Below, piece by piece: positions 10,906 through 21,904 of a DNA stretch of 64,000 nt. The position numbers were made by a program, and so were the translations under genes. Source of the stretch: Mustelus asterias (lineage: Eukaryota); assembly GCF_964213995.1 (NCBI RefSeq), contig NW_027590128.1, forward strand, positions 124,001-188,000, given 5' to 3'. Position 1 is the first letter of the stretch, and each line of letters opens with the position of its first letter. The notes below the pieces were generated by a model, which was given only the letters and a program-made list of their open reading frames with translations, did not search any database and had not been told where the DNA came from.

Positions 10906-13089
10906 GCTTTTTCTACCAAATAAACCTGTTGGACTTTAACCTGGTGTTGTTAAACTTCTTACTGTGTTTACCCCAGTCCAACGCCGGCATCTCCACATTA
11001 GCAATAACAGAGTCTCAGTGTAACAATGACACACACAGGCTCCAATACAATCAGAGTGGAGATGGGGCACAGAGACAACACAGCAAAGCACTGACTTACT
11101 CTGAGTGTAACAAATACAATGTTTGTTCAAATAATAAGAGTCACGTTGCAGTATGTTAGCGAACACAGCATTGGATCCAATGTAATGGTAATACAGTCAG
11201 TATCTCGTGCACCATAACCAAAGTTTCGGTTTCATTTGATAGTGTGAGTGAGTCATGGTCTATTGATATAATGTATTTAGATTCCGGTGTGTGTTACTCT
11301 GCCACTGTCATTATCAGACAATAGCCTGTCTGTTATTCCAATTCTGCTGTATTCTACAACTGCAGTTTCAGTGTCTCTGAGGTCATTTTAACTGCAGGTA
11401 ATCTGACATTAATGGAGACACGAGGCCCAACAAACATTTGATTATAATAGGAGGACAAAGTGTAAGGGAACAATGATATTTTAAGGTGTCTGTGTTGTGG
11501 TGAGTGTCACTGGGAGGTGAGTGATAAAATACAAGTGGAAACATCATGACAGAGACATGTGACTGACTCGGCCTGACTGAGAGCTGTTATACTCGAGGCG
11601 AGAATAATGAGGACATGGGGAACTCCAGGGATTTCTGATATCTGAGGTGTATCTGTTAGAGGAACTGAAAATAATCAGTTCTTCCTCATGGTTATCTCCA
11701 GTTCTCAAGTTACACAGACACACAGGAAAGAGATCTGACAGCTCATCAAACCCAATATTTTAATCTTCTGTTTGAGACACATTATAATCGAAAAGATCAA
11801 ATATTAAAACCTGAGGAGAGAAACATTCAGAATGTCACAAGGATGAGTGAACTGTCTAATTAATCCCATTCACCATAACTTTGCCAATTTATCCTCTGCA
11901 AGTATTTATCCAATTCCCTTTGAAAGCTACTATCAAACTTGCTTCTAGCACCTGTCAGTTAGTGCATTCCAGATCATATGAAGTTATTGTGTAAAACATT
12001 CTCCTTATCACCCCCTCCAGTTCTGTTGTCAATTAAATTAAATCTCTGTGTCCTCTGCTTACAGACCTTCCTGCACGGAGGAAATCGATTCTCTCCATCG
12101 ACAAACCCTCGTGCTCCTGGGAGATAATTTCTCTCCATTGACACTATCATAAATTATTTGTCATTTTAAACACCTCTATTAAATCTCCCAGCACATTCCC
12201 CAACCTAAGATGGATAACCCATGTTTCTCCTGCCCTGAAGAATTATATGGACTCAAAATGTTAACTCTGAACAGATGCCGCTGGACCTGCCGGGTTTTTC
12301 TGCTTTTCTCCCTGTCATTCCTTCCATAATCAATCAGAAACTCTTCATGATTTTGAACATCTTGATCAAATAGGAACAATCAGAGCCTGAGAGAGATACA
12401 GAGGGAGAGACAGAAAGAAAAATTGAGAGATTTTAAAAAGCAGAAAGATGAGGTGGTCAAAGATAAAAGCTGAGAAACAGAGGAAACAAGCAATACAGAG
12501 AGAATGCTCTGTATGTAAGGGAGCAGGCTATCAGTTCCCAGCTGTGGGGAGCACAGGGAACTCAGTAACTGATCCACAGACACAGCTGGTTATATCTGCG
12601 AATGGAAACTCTGAACAGAAATAACTGGCTCATTTGTAAATGTCACCACAATGTGACCTGTGTGACTCTGCCCTGACTCTGTGGACAGATAAAGGCCGCA
12701 TTGACAGATGTTCTCACCAGATTGTTGTGCCTGGATTTATTTTCTGCTCAGAAGTGAGATGTGCGTTTTTGAACCGGCAGCAGAGAAACAGGAAGTTGTG
12801 ATACCTGAGAATGAAACAACCGGCGTCAGTTTGATGTTATCACCGTGAACAGTCTTCCTGCCTGTGAGGGTGAACTCACTCTGACAGCATCAAGAACAAC
12901 CACACAGATTGCTGCCGCTCTCAGCATTACATTCACCTCCATTCCCATTTTAAACAATAAAGAAAGGAGATTATTTGGATTTTTAACACATTCACTGAAT
13001 TGGGAGATGGACTGAGGGTCATCACTGGGAGAAATGAGGAGGAATTAGAGAACAAATGAGTTTTCCCAAAGAGGGTTATTAGAAAAGAG

Positions 13090-13540
13090 TAGATTTAAAG
13101 TGAGTCAGGGCCTGTCAGAGGAAGTGGGAGAGAGAAACAGAGAGGATTGAATCTCCATCAATTAGATGTTTTCTCAGACAGCGAAGAGAGATGAAGTTTG
13201 TTTGTGCCTTTTCAGAGAGAGGTAACGAGAGAGAGAAAACAATGAATAAGTTTAAGCAGATCTGAAATAGGAAGGTTAAATGAGTGAGTGTTTGAAAGAA
13301 AGATAGAGAGACATTAAGTGATGAACACAGTATCTGAGAGGGAAGAGGTTAAGTGAATGAGAGAGGAGCGAGGTTAGAATGTAAGAGAGATGGAAGGTAA
13401 CGTGTGAGTGAATGCCTGGAGAGAGAGAGAGAGAGAGATGTTCAGTGAGTGTTAGAGAGATGAGAGAGGTTAAGTGATTGAGTTTCTGAAAGAGAGGAGA
13501 TGTTGAGTGAGTGAATGTCTGAAAGAGAGGAGAGCAGGTT
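13090..13540. repeat. Purine-rich degenerate GA/gagt low-complexity tract
   Basis: Repeated agagag and aagtgagtga words; pure (GA)n at ~13419-13438. Confidence 0.6.
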
Positions 13541-14444
13541 CACACCCAGGGGTCACTGAGAATGATCAAAATAAGGAGATCACCCAGAAAACTACCAACA
13601 GGAAACTTCAGCTGAACACATCACTCATTCTTAAATGGTCAGTCAGGGCTCCGATGCTGCTCAGCTTCTCTCTGTTCTGTTTATAATGGTTAAAGGCTGA
13701 TAGGAGTGAGGTTTATTTAATAGGATAGTGTATGGGAAGCACACAACAAAACTGAGAATTCTTGGACACACACTGCAGCTCCTTCTCTATCTGGGAATCA
13801 AATTGTTGTCTCATTGTCCCAGCAGTTAGCAGGGTCCTTTGAACTTCTCCAGCTGCTACTTTAATGCAGACTTCAACCAATTTATTTGAAGCCAGTTTCT
13901 GTTCAATAAACCAGGACTGACACACACACATTAAAATGTTTTACACTTTTTTTCATTCTAAGTCTGGAAACCTAAACCTGCCGTTTCACTCTCAGTCAGG
14001 AATAGATCCCAGTTTTACACCAATCTTTGACAGCACGTTTCCCGCATTCACCGTTGTTCTTCCTGACTCTAAACACAGTTGTAAAGGAGCTTCTGTTCTG
14101 TGTCTGGGAGCTCTGAACCATGGAAAAGAACGACTGGGACACATTTCTTACACACCTCAGGATTCACCCACGCGGGGACTTTGCTGTCAGTGAAAAGTGA
14201 CGAAAAAGACCAAAGTGCTGTGTGACCCTCTCAGCGAGACCCTGAAGGACTGTGTCAAGAATGAAGTTCTGTTCCTACTGTATGATCCTCCCTCAGATTG
14301 CCCTTTCTGAGCTCCAGCCTGGTGACGTTAAACACTCAAATGGAAAAGACAAAAATCTACAACAATGGTTCAATCAAATGTCTATTTCACATTTATTCAG
14401 AATATCAAACCTCAACAGAAGAAAAAAGTCAGAGAGAACATGAT

Positions 14445-15591
14445 TCAGACCTGGATATGATTAACAGCATCAATAAGTGTAGAATCCAAACCTTGCAGTC
14501 GTTTGTGAACTCGCCGGTGTGTTAGCAGGTGGGATGACTGAATAAATCCCTTTCCACAGACATTACAGGTGAATGGCCTCTCCCCAGTGTGAACTCGCTG
14601 GTGTTTCAGAAGATAAGATAAATGAGAAAATCCCTTCCCACAGACAGAGCAGGTAAATGGCCTCTCCCCACTGTGAACTCTCTGATGTGTCAGCAGGTTG
14701 GATGACTGACTGAATCCCTTCCCACACATGGAGCAGGTGAACGGCCTCTCCCCAGTGTGAACTCGCTGGTGATTCAATAGGTTGGATGAACGAGTGAATC
14801 CCTTCCCACACACGGAGCAAGTGAATGGCCTCTCCTCACTGTGAACCTGCTGGTGTGTCAGAAGGTTGTATGAACGGGTGAATCTCTTCCCACATTCAGA
14901 GCAGGTGAACGGTCGATCCCCTGTATGGAGCTGCTGGTGTATCAGAAGGTTGGATGAATTAATGAATCCCTTCCCACAGTCTGAGCAGGTGAAGGGCCTC
15001 TCCCCAGTGTGAATTCTCTGGTGGTTCAATAGGGCAGGTGGACGGCTGAATCCCTTCCCACACACACAGCAGGTGAATGGCCTCTCCCCAGTGTGAGTAT
15101 ATTGGTGCGTCAGCAGATCCTTTTTGTTTTTAAAGCTCTTCGCACAGTGGGAACAATTAAAAAGTTTGTTATCAGAGTGAACAAGTTGATGTGTCTGCAG
15201 GTGGGATGACTGAATGAATCCTTTCCCACACAGAGCAGGTGAATGGTCTCTCCCCAGTGTGAATACGTTGGTGCGTCAGCAGATCTTTTTTGCATTTAAA
15301 ACTCTTCTCACAGTCAGAACATGTAAACATTCTCTCATCTGTGTGAACAAGTTGGTGTGTCACAATGTGGGATGAGCGAGTGAATCCCTTCCCACACACA
15401 GGGCAGGTGAACGGCCTCTCCCCAGTGTGAACCCGTCGGTGAGTCAGAAGGTTGTATGAATGGGTGAATCCCTTCCCACAAACAGAGCAGGTGAACGGTC
15501 TCTCCCCAGTGTGACTGCGCCGATGAACTTCCAGTTGTGATGGGAAACCGAATCCTTTCCCGCACTCCACACATTTCCACGGTTTCTCCAT
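14445..15591 (-). pseudogene. ZNF-2: 13-finger array with one 2-bp frameshift in finger 5 (pseudogene, truncated allele or assembly error)
   Basis: [10 protein letters not shown]..; cccacacagag at ~15225-15235 lacks one CA unit of the usual cccacacacagag; downstream frame is open through 14445. Confidence 0.85.
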
Positions 15592-16159
15592 GGTGCCCTT
15601 GTGTTTCTCCAGGTTGGATGATCAGTTCAAGCCACATCCACACACACAACATACACGTAGTTTCACCCTGCTGTGAACTGTGATGTTTTTTCAGGCTGTG
15701 TAACTGGTTAAAGCTCTTTCCACATTCAGTTCACTGGAACACTCTCACTCGGGTGTGTGTTTGTCTCGATGCTTTTCCGGTCATACTGATGTTTAATTTA
15801 TTTGCCCACAGGCAGAACAGACAAATATTTCTCTTTCTATATTCAAAGACCGATGATATTCAGCTCCGAAGGAACTGAATGACTTTGTCAGATGTGATGT
15901 CCGGTTTGAGTTTTCTGTCTGCCAATCTTTCACTTCCAATATCCTGTAAAAACAGTTTAGAAAAGTCATCACTGTCAGAACACGATACAAACTCTGAACA
16001 GACAATTCTAGTTTCTCTGGAACATTTTTTCCTTTCTTGTTCCCCCAAATCAGTAAATCCCCATCCCACCCACACACTCTCCCTCCTCCCTGGGCTGAAA
16101 TCCAAACCCATCTCACCATTTCTTTCCTCCACTCCCAGTTTTCTCCCTCCCTCTCCTCT

Positions 16160-16805
16160 ATCTGGATTCAGTTCTCCAGCTCCTGTCTGCAGACTGACAA
16201 TAAAACCAATGGGTCTTACTGGGGGTGTTGGGGCCTCCAGCGGGTGTTTGTGAATCCTCCCCGCCCACCTCCCAGGGTTTCCTTCCTTCCCAGAGATCAG
16301 AGTCCTCATTGATTTGAGGCCAAAGTGTAACCTCTTATTTATTGTCCCCCTCCCCCATCCTCTGATGTGAACCATCCTCCAGTGGCTGAGCCAGGATGGG
16401 GCCGTTAACCTGGGCCTGTTCCCGGGAGGGAGGGAGGGAGGGAGAAGCCCCGCAGCTGCAAACCAGGGAGCTGACAATGATTCTGAAGGGTTTGCGGATC
16501 CACAAAGTGTTTCCAAATCCTCCCAGCCACCGCCTAACGCTGACTCCGCTTCTCCGGGACAAACAAGCGCCAAGGACAGCAATGACACTGCGCATGCTCC
16601 ACATCACAATGCCCGGGGACTGATTGACGGCGGCTCCGGACCGATAGGAAGAGGGGGCGGGGCTGGGGGACCGAACGGGAGCGGCTGGTCCTCCAACCAA
16701 TCGGAGTGAATGAGGGGCGGGACTGGAGGACCGAATGGGAGCGGCTGGTCCTCCAACCAATCGGAATGAATGAGGGGCGGGACCTGGAGCATGCGCAGTG
16801 CGGGT
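16160..16805 (-). promoter_or_regulatory. Promoter/first-exon cassette B, copy 1 (ZNF-2)
   Basis: Two NRF1-like GCGCATGC sites (~16590, ~16790), duplicated 60-bp CCAAT plus GGGGCGGG unit; near-identical copies at 50750-51350 and 61515-62080. Confidence 0.7.
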
Positions 16806-16807
16806 GA

Positions 16808-16893
16808 ACCAGATAAACCTGTTGGACTTTAACCTGGTGTTGTTTGACTTGTTGCTGTGTTTACCCCAGTCCAACGCCGGCATCTCCACATCA
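16808..16893 (+). mobile_element. PLE family 1 3'-terminal fragment (tail)
   Basis: ataaacctgttggactttaacctggtg..ccccagtccaacgccggcatctccacatca flanked by tgcgggt repeats; same insertion at 62084-62169. Confidence 0.85.
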
Positions 16894-17334
16894 CTGCGGG
16901 TAGGGTAACGAACTTTGCAGACGACACAAAGATAAGTGGAAAAGTGAATCGTGTGGAGGACGGAGAAGATCTGCAGAGAGATTTGGACAGGCTGAGTGAG
17001 TGGGCGAGGATATGGCAAATGGAGTACAACGTTGAGAAATGCGAGGTTATACACTTTGGAGGAAATAATAACAAATGGGATTACTATCTCAATGGAAACA
17101 AATTAAAACATGCTACCGTGCAAAGGGACCTGGGGGTCCTTGTGCATGAGACGCAAAAGCCCAGTCTGCAGGTACAACAGGTGATCAAGAAGGCAAATGG
17201 GATGTTGGCCTATATTGCGAAGGGGATAGAATATAAATGATGTGGAGATGCCGGCGTTGGACTGGGGTAAACACAGTAAGAAGTTTAACAACACCAGGTT
17301 AAAGTCCAACAGGTTTATTTGGTAGCAAAAGCCA

Positions 17335-17371
17335 CACAAGCTTTCGAGGCTCTGAGCCCCTTCTTCAGGTG
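17335..17371 (-). ncRNA. Minimal hammerhead motif (left palindrome arm)
   Basis: Mirror image of 17430-17466. Confidence 0.7.
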
Positions 17372-17429
17372 AGTGGGAATTCTGTTCACAAACAGAACTT
17401 AAGTTCTGTTTGTGAACAGAATTCCCACT

Positions 17430-17466
17430 CACCTGAAGAAGGGGCTCAGAGCCTCGAAAGCTTGTG
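17430..17466 (+). ncRNA. Minimal hammerhead motif (right palindrome arm)
   Basis: CAC CUGAAGA A GGGGCU cag AGCCUC GAAA GC UU GUG. Confidence 0.72.
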
Positions 17467-18154
17467 TGGCTTTTGCTACCAAATAAACCTGTTGGACTTT
17501 AACCTGGTGTTGTTAAACTTCTTACATAGAATATAAAAGCAGGGATGTCTTGATGCACCTGTACAGGGCATTGGTGAGGCCGCAGCTGGAATACTGTGTG
17601 CAGTATTGGTCCCCTTATATGAGGAAGGATATATTGGCATTGGAGGGAGTGCAGAGAAGGTTCACCAGGTTGATACCGGAGATGAGGGGTTTGGATTATG
17701 AGGAGAGGCTGAGGAGATTGGGTTTGTACTCGTTGGAGTTTAGAAGGATGAGGGGGGATCTTATGGAGACTTATAAGATAATGCGGGGGCTGGATAGGGT
17801 GGAGGCGGAGAGATTCTTTCCACTTAGTAAGGAAGTTAAAACTAGAGGACACAGCCTCAAAATAAAGGGGGGTCGGTTTAAGACAGAGTTGAGGAGGAAC
17901 TTCTTCTCCCAGAGGGTGGTGAATCTCTGGAATTCTCTGCCCACTGAGGTGGTGGAGGCTACCTCGCTGAATATGTTTAAAGCGCGGATGGATGGATTCC
18001 TGATCGGTAAGGGTATTAAGGGTTATGGGGATCAGGCGGGTAAGTGGTACTGATCCACGTCAGATCAGCCATGATCTTATTGAATGGCGGGGCAGGCTCG
18101 AGGGGCTAGATGGCCTACTCCTGCTCCTATTTCTTATGTTCTTATGTTCTTATG

Positions 18155-18418
18155 TAATGGCGACGGACGGCCGGTTTTAGTTTGGAAGCGAGATCAATAC
18201 GAGGTAGAGGGCGGCGTGCGGGGAATGATAAATGTGGCGGGTGGGTCGAGAGGCTTTGTAAACATGTTGTTCAAACCCAAACCCCGGAAATGAACTTCCC
18301 GGTTCCCCCCCTTTGTACCAAATGGAGCGGCAGCTTGTAGTGTTAGACCCGGGCTGACTGCCGCCATTGAGGCTGCATGTGGGAGGCCGGCAGGGATTGT
18401 GATCGGAGAGTGAAGCCC
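18155..18418. promoter_or_regulatory. CpG-rich promoter-like segment
   Basis: ETS-like CCGGAAA and ACTTCCCGG, YY1-like GCCGCCATTG, GC-rich boxes. Confidence 0.5.
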
Positions 18419-18585
18419 TGACGTCACAATGGAATGGGTGAGGGTGTGACGTCACAATGGAATGGGTGAGGGTGTGACGTCACCATGGAATGGGTGAGGG
18501 TGTGACATCACAATGGAATGGGTGAGGGTGTGACGTCACAATGGAATGGGTGAGGGTGTGAGGTCACAATGGAATGGGTGAGGGT
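18419..18585. repeat. 28-bp minisatellite x6 carrying CRE palindromes
   Basis: Unit tgacgtcacaatggaatgggtgagggtg; four units keep a perfect TGACGTCA. Confidence 0.95.
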
Positions 18586-18634
18586 TCCAGATGAGCTGAG
18601 ACTGGGCTGGAGTCTGGCGATGGCACTGACATGT

Positions 18635-18791
18635 GGCCCGGTGGCACAGTGGTTAGTGCAGCTGCCTAACAGCGCCAGGGACCCGGGTTCAATTCCAGCC
18701 TCGGGTCACTGTCTGTGCAGAGTTTCTACATTCTCCCCGTGTCTGTGTGGGTTTCTTCCGGATGTTCCGGTTTTCCTTCCACAGTCCAAAG
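18635..18791 (+). mobile_element. V-SINE/HE1-like tRNA-derived SINE, truncated by a PLE
   Basis: A box tggcacagtgg, B box ggttcaattcc, core ctgtgcagagtttctacattctcccc. Confidence 0.8.
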
Positions 18792-19176
18792 ATGTGCCGG
18801 CGTTGGACTGGGGTAAGCACAGTAAGTAATCTCACAACACCAGGTTAAAATCCAACAGGTTTATTTGGTAGCACAAGCCACAAGCTTTCAGAGCACTGCC
18901 CCTTCATCAGGTGAGTGGGAGTTCTGTTCACAAACAGGGCATATAAAGACACAAACTCAATTTACAAGATAATGGTTGGAATACGAGTCTTTAAACGTAA
19001 TCAAGTCTTAAAGGTACAGACAATGTGAGTGGAGAGAGGGTTAAGCACAGGTTAAAGAGATGTGTATTGTATCCAGCCAGGACAGTTAGTGAGATTTTGC
19101 AAGCCCAGGCAAGTCGTGGGGGTTACAGATAGTGTGACATGAACCCAAGATCCCGGTTGAGGCCGTCCTCATGTGT
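18792..19176 (-). mobile_element. PLE family 1 3' fragment; hammerhead motif at 18879-18913
   Basis: Tail, pLTR and last ORF codons; RC CAC CUGAUGA A GGGGC agu GCUCU GAAA GC UU GUG. Confidence 0.88.
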
Positions 19177-19419
19177 GATTGACAGATCCATGCTCACTGC
19201 TTCTTGCCCTGGATGCAGAGAGCTGAAAATTTCCATGCAGGATGCCAGACAGATAAATGTCTACATTACTGGAGTAAAAATGTGTGGAATATACAGACCG
19301 AATTCACTTCATTTCCTTCAGTTGCTGCAAGTCCCCAACTTCCCCCAGAATGAGAAAAGAAATGGAAAGGGGGAAACATTGATTTCCTCCCAGATGTTGA
19401 ACAGAGGAGGGAGTTTCAC

Positions 19420-19830
19420 TCTGAAGCTCATTGGACAACTTCCGCATTGTGACGTCACAATAGTGTCCTGCCTGAATCAGCCAATAGGAATCACTCTGCT
19501 TCGCGGTGACGTCTCCGGGTTCCAGTTCTCAGGCCCGGGCGCGCGGACCCAGGAGCCCCGCCCCCACCCATTGTTCCCCTCCCCCTACACCTCCTTGAAC
19601 CAAGGTTTCCAGGCAACCGGCTGACGGCTCCAGCAAGAGCGAGAAGCCGCTCAGTGAGCTCTCCCTCCCCCCGGCCCAGGACGACACATGTGCGAGGGAG
19701 AGGGGAAGCTGCGCATGTGCGGGGGAGAACCCACCCTCTGATCTTCATGCTGAGGTGTTGACCAATGGGAAGAGTTGGAGGACCGGAAGGACTCTGGTCT
19801 TCCAGCCAATCAGAGTGTGGGCTTTGTGTG
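19420..19830. promoter_or_regulatory. Probable bidirectional CpG promoter C
   Basis: 16-bp palindrome ATTGTGACGTCACAAT (19446-19461), three CCAAT boxes, GCGCATGTGC, CCGGAAG; flanked by inverted copies of a first-exon-like module. Confidence 0.65.
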
Positions 19831-20039
19831 AATGAAGATTGATCTTCAGACAGACTCAAACTTCCTCCTGTCTCAAACATCTGTGAGTAAAACACTTTCT
19901 CTTCAACCCCCTTTCCATTTCTTTTCTCATTCTGGGGGAAATTGGGGACTTGCAGCAACTGAAGAGAAAGGAAGTGAATCCAGTGAGGGTGCAGACTCTG
20001 GAAAGGTTGGTCCAGGTTTCTCGCTCTCTCGAACCAGAA

Positions 20040-21215
20040 AATGATCCATTTCTGCCCACTGTTTGCTGTTAGCCAATCTTCTATCCACGCCAATATGTTA
20101 TCCCCACAGCATGAACTTTTATTTGCTGCAATAACCTTTGATGTGGCACCTCATCAAATGTCTTCTGGAAATCTGAGTACAGCACATCCACCGGTTTCCC
20201 TTTATCCAATGCCCGATGGGGAATTTTAGAAAATTGAACAACACATCAACGATCTCACTCTGTTAAGACCCGAGAATGAAGCCCAGCAGGACCCGAGGAC
20301 TCATCAGCCCACAGCTCCAACAGTTTGCTGAGGACCACTTCCCTGGGAATTGTGCTTTTTCAGAGTTCATCCCACACTTCTGTTTTCTGATTTCCAGCTG
20401 TTTCTGAGTTTTAACTGTATCCTCTATTGTGAACACCGAGGCAAAATACTTGTTCAATTCATCTCCCAGCTCCTTATTTTTCATTATCAATTCCTGGACT
20501 CACTTTCTATTAGACAGTTAAGAAATGAGGTGGAGCAAGTGACTGAAGTGTCAGTCAGGGAGCACTATTGGGAGCACCAATAGTTTCAAAATAGTTCAGG
20601 AAAAAGGTAGGACAGGTCCACAGGTCAAGGCCCTAAACTGGAGCAGGGCCACTTTTGTGGGCATTAGGCAGGATCGAGCAGATGTCGATTAGGTGAGTTT
20701 GTTTGAAGGGAAAGGAATGACTGGCAAATGGGAGGTTTTAAAAGTGTGATATCAAGAATCCAGGGGCAGTATATTCCTGTTAAGATGAAGGGAAAGAATG
20801 GTAAATTTAAGGATCTCTGGCAGACAAGGGACATTGAGGCTCTGGTCAGGTAAAAGAAGGAAGCATACATTGGGTTTAGGCAATCGGGGACAAGTGAATC
20901 ACTCTGACTATAAAAAGTGTAAGAAAATACTGAGGAGGGAAATCAGGAGGACAAAAAGAGGGTATGATATGGATCTGGCAGGTAAGATTAAAGAAAATTC
21001 CAAGAGGTTCTATAGCTATATTAAGAGTAAGACGGTGGCTAGAGAGAGAATAGATCCCCTTAAAAATCAGTATGGCCATCTGTGTGTGGAGCTACAGGAG
21101 ATGGGTGAGATTTTTAATGAATACTTCTCCTCTGTGTTTACTGCGGAGAGCACCATGGGGGCTAAAGAAATAAGGGAAACAAGTGGTGATGTCTTGGGCA
21201 CACGCTCGTTACTTG
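20040..21215. mobile_element. Two decayed CR1 fragments (minus ~20040-20515, plus ~20515-21215)
   Basis: ELNKYFASVFT on the minus strand; KENSKRFYSYIKSK and EIFNEYFSSVFT on the plus strand. Confidence 0.8.
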
Positions 21216-21237
21216 GGAGGAGGTATCTGCAGCCTTA

Positions 21238-21427
21238 TAAAAGCAAATTACTGCGGATGCTGGCGTCTGAAACCAAGGGAGAAAATGCTGGAAAATCTCA
21301 GCAGGTCTAGCAGCATCTGTAAGGAGAGAAAAGAGCTGATGTTTCTTGACGAAATGACCCTTTGTCAAAGCTCTGAAACATCAGTTCTTTTCTCTCCATC
21401 CAGGTGCTGCCAGACCTGCTGAGAATG
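21238..21427. repeat. Family-2 PLE-type repeat with fold-back structure
   Basis: ctcagcaggtctagcagcatctgtaaggagagaaaagagctgatgtttc is inverted as gaaacatcagttcttttctctccatccaggtgctgccagacctgctgag; duplicated at 62752-62940. Confidence 0.75.
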
Positions 21428-21904
21428 GGGAGAGAGTGTGTGGGATGGAGATTTACAGCTTTTGGGGAATGAGAGAGGAAAGAATGTTCCATAGAAATTG
21501 TTCTGAATTTCTATCCTGTACTGACACTGATGACTTTTGGAAACTCATTTTCAGGATATTGAAAGAGGAATCACAGGCCGAAATCTCAAACGTCATGTCT
21601 CGGCGTGACAGAATCGTGTTCCTTGGGACCTCAATATCATCGGACTTTGAATCCAGAAGGAGAAATGATTGTCCAGTCTGTCGATTTGAAAAGATTTGAA
21701 ATGTCAGTGTGAGTGAAAAAGCATCAACACACTGCCACACTTGAGTGAGAGTGTTCCAATGCACTGACTAAAGAGCTTCAACCAGTTACACAGTCTGAAT
21801 AAATATCACACCATTCACAGCGGTAGAGACTGTAATCTTGTCCTGTGTGTGGACGAAGTTTCAACTGATTGTCCACCCAAGAGTGAGGCAAGGAAACCTG
21901 CACC

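Larger units (their letters stand above)
9579..11000 (+). mobile_element. Penelope-like element, 5'-truncated: inverted 5' pLTR, GIY-YIG endonuclease region, 3' pLTR with tail
   Basis: ORF KEAIPCGQALRIHRICS..CNSANVVYLIRC..IGETMQTLRQRMNEHR (PLE thumb plus GIY-YIG) with a premature TGA at 10564; 9581-9800 is the reverse complement of ~10746-10963; empty site at ~41730-41750. Confidence 0.92.
17238..17525. mobile_element. PLE family 1 fold-back insertion: 38-bp tail plus perfect 250-bp palindrome, 12-bp TSD
   Basis: Arms 17276-17400 and 17401-17525; TSD atagaatataaa at 17226-17237 and 17526-17537. Confidence 0.93.
16903..18154 (+). mobile_element. Young CR1 LINE 3' fragment, interrupted by a PLE palindrome
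   Basis: FADDTKISGKV.., LVRPQLEYCVQYWSP; (ttcttatg)3 tail; absent from the paralogous site at ~62178. Confidence 0.92.

Noticed and set aside
13090-13540. GA-rich tract as a structured regulatory array
   Set aside because: No consistent period; looks like a decayed microsatellite.
15860-16588. 242-aa ORF in cassette B as an N-terminal effector domain
   Set aside because: The GGAG repeat has 5, 4 and 2 units among copies, which shifts the frame in one; the ORF stops before the fingers and has no recognisable motif.
18419-18585. CRISPR-like array of 28-bp repeats
   Set aside because: Units are contiguous with no unique spacers, there are no cas genes, and the context is vertebrate.
21710-21712. 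Conserved in-frame TGA as selenocysteine or programmed readthrough
   Set aside because: It is CGA in one paralog (CpG decay), and the leaders carry further stops and frameshifts.
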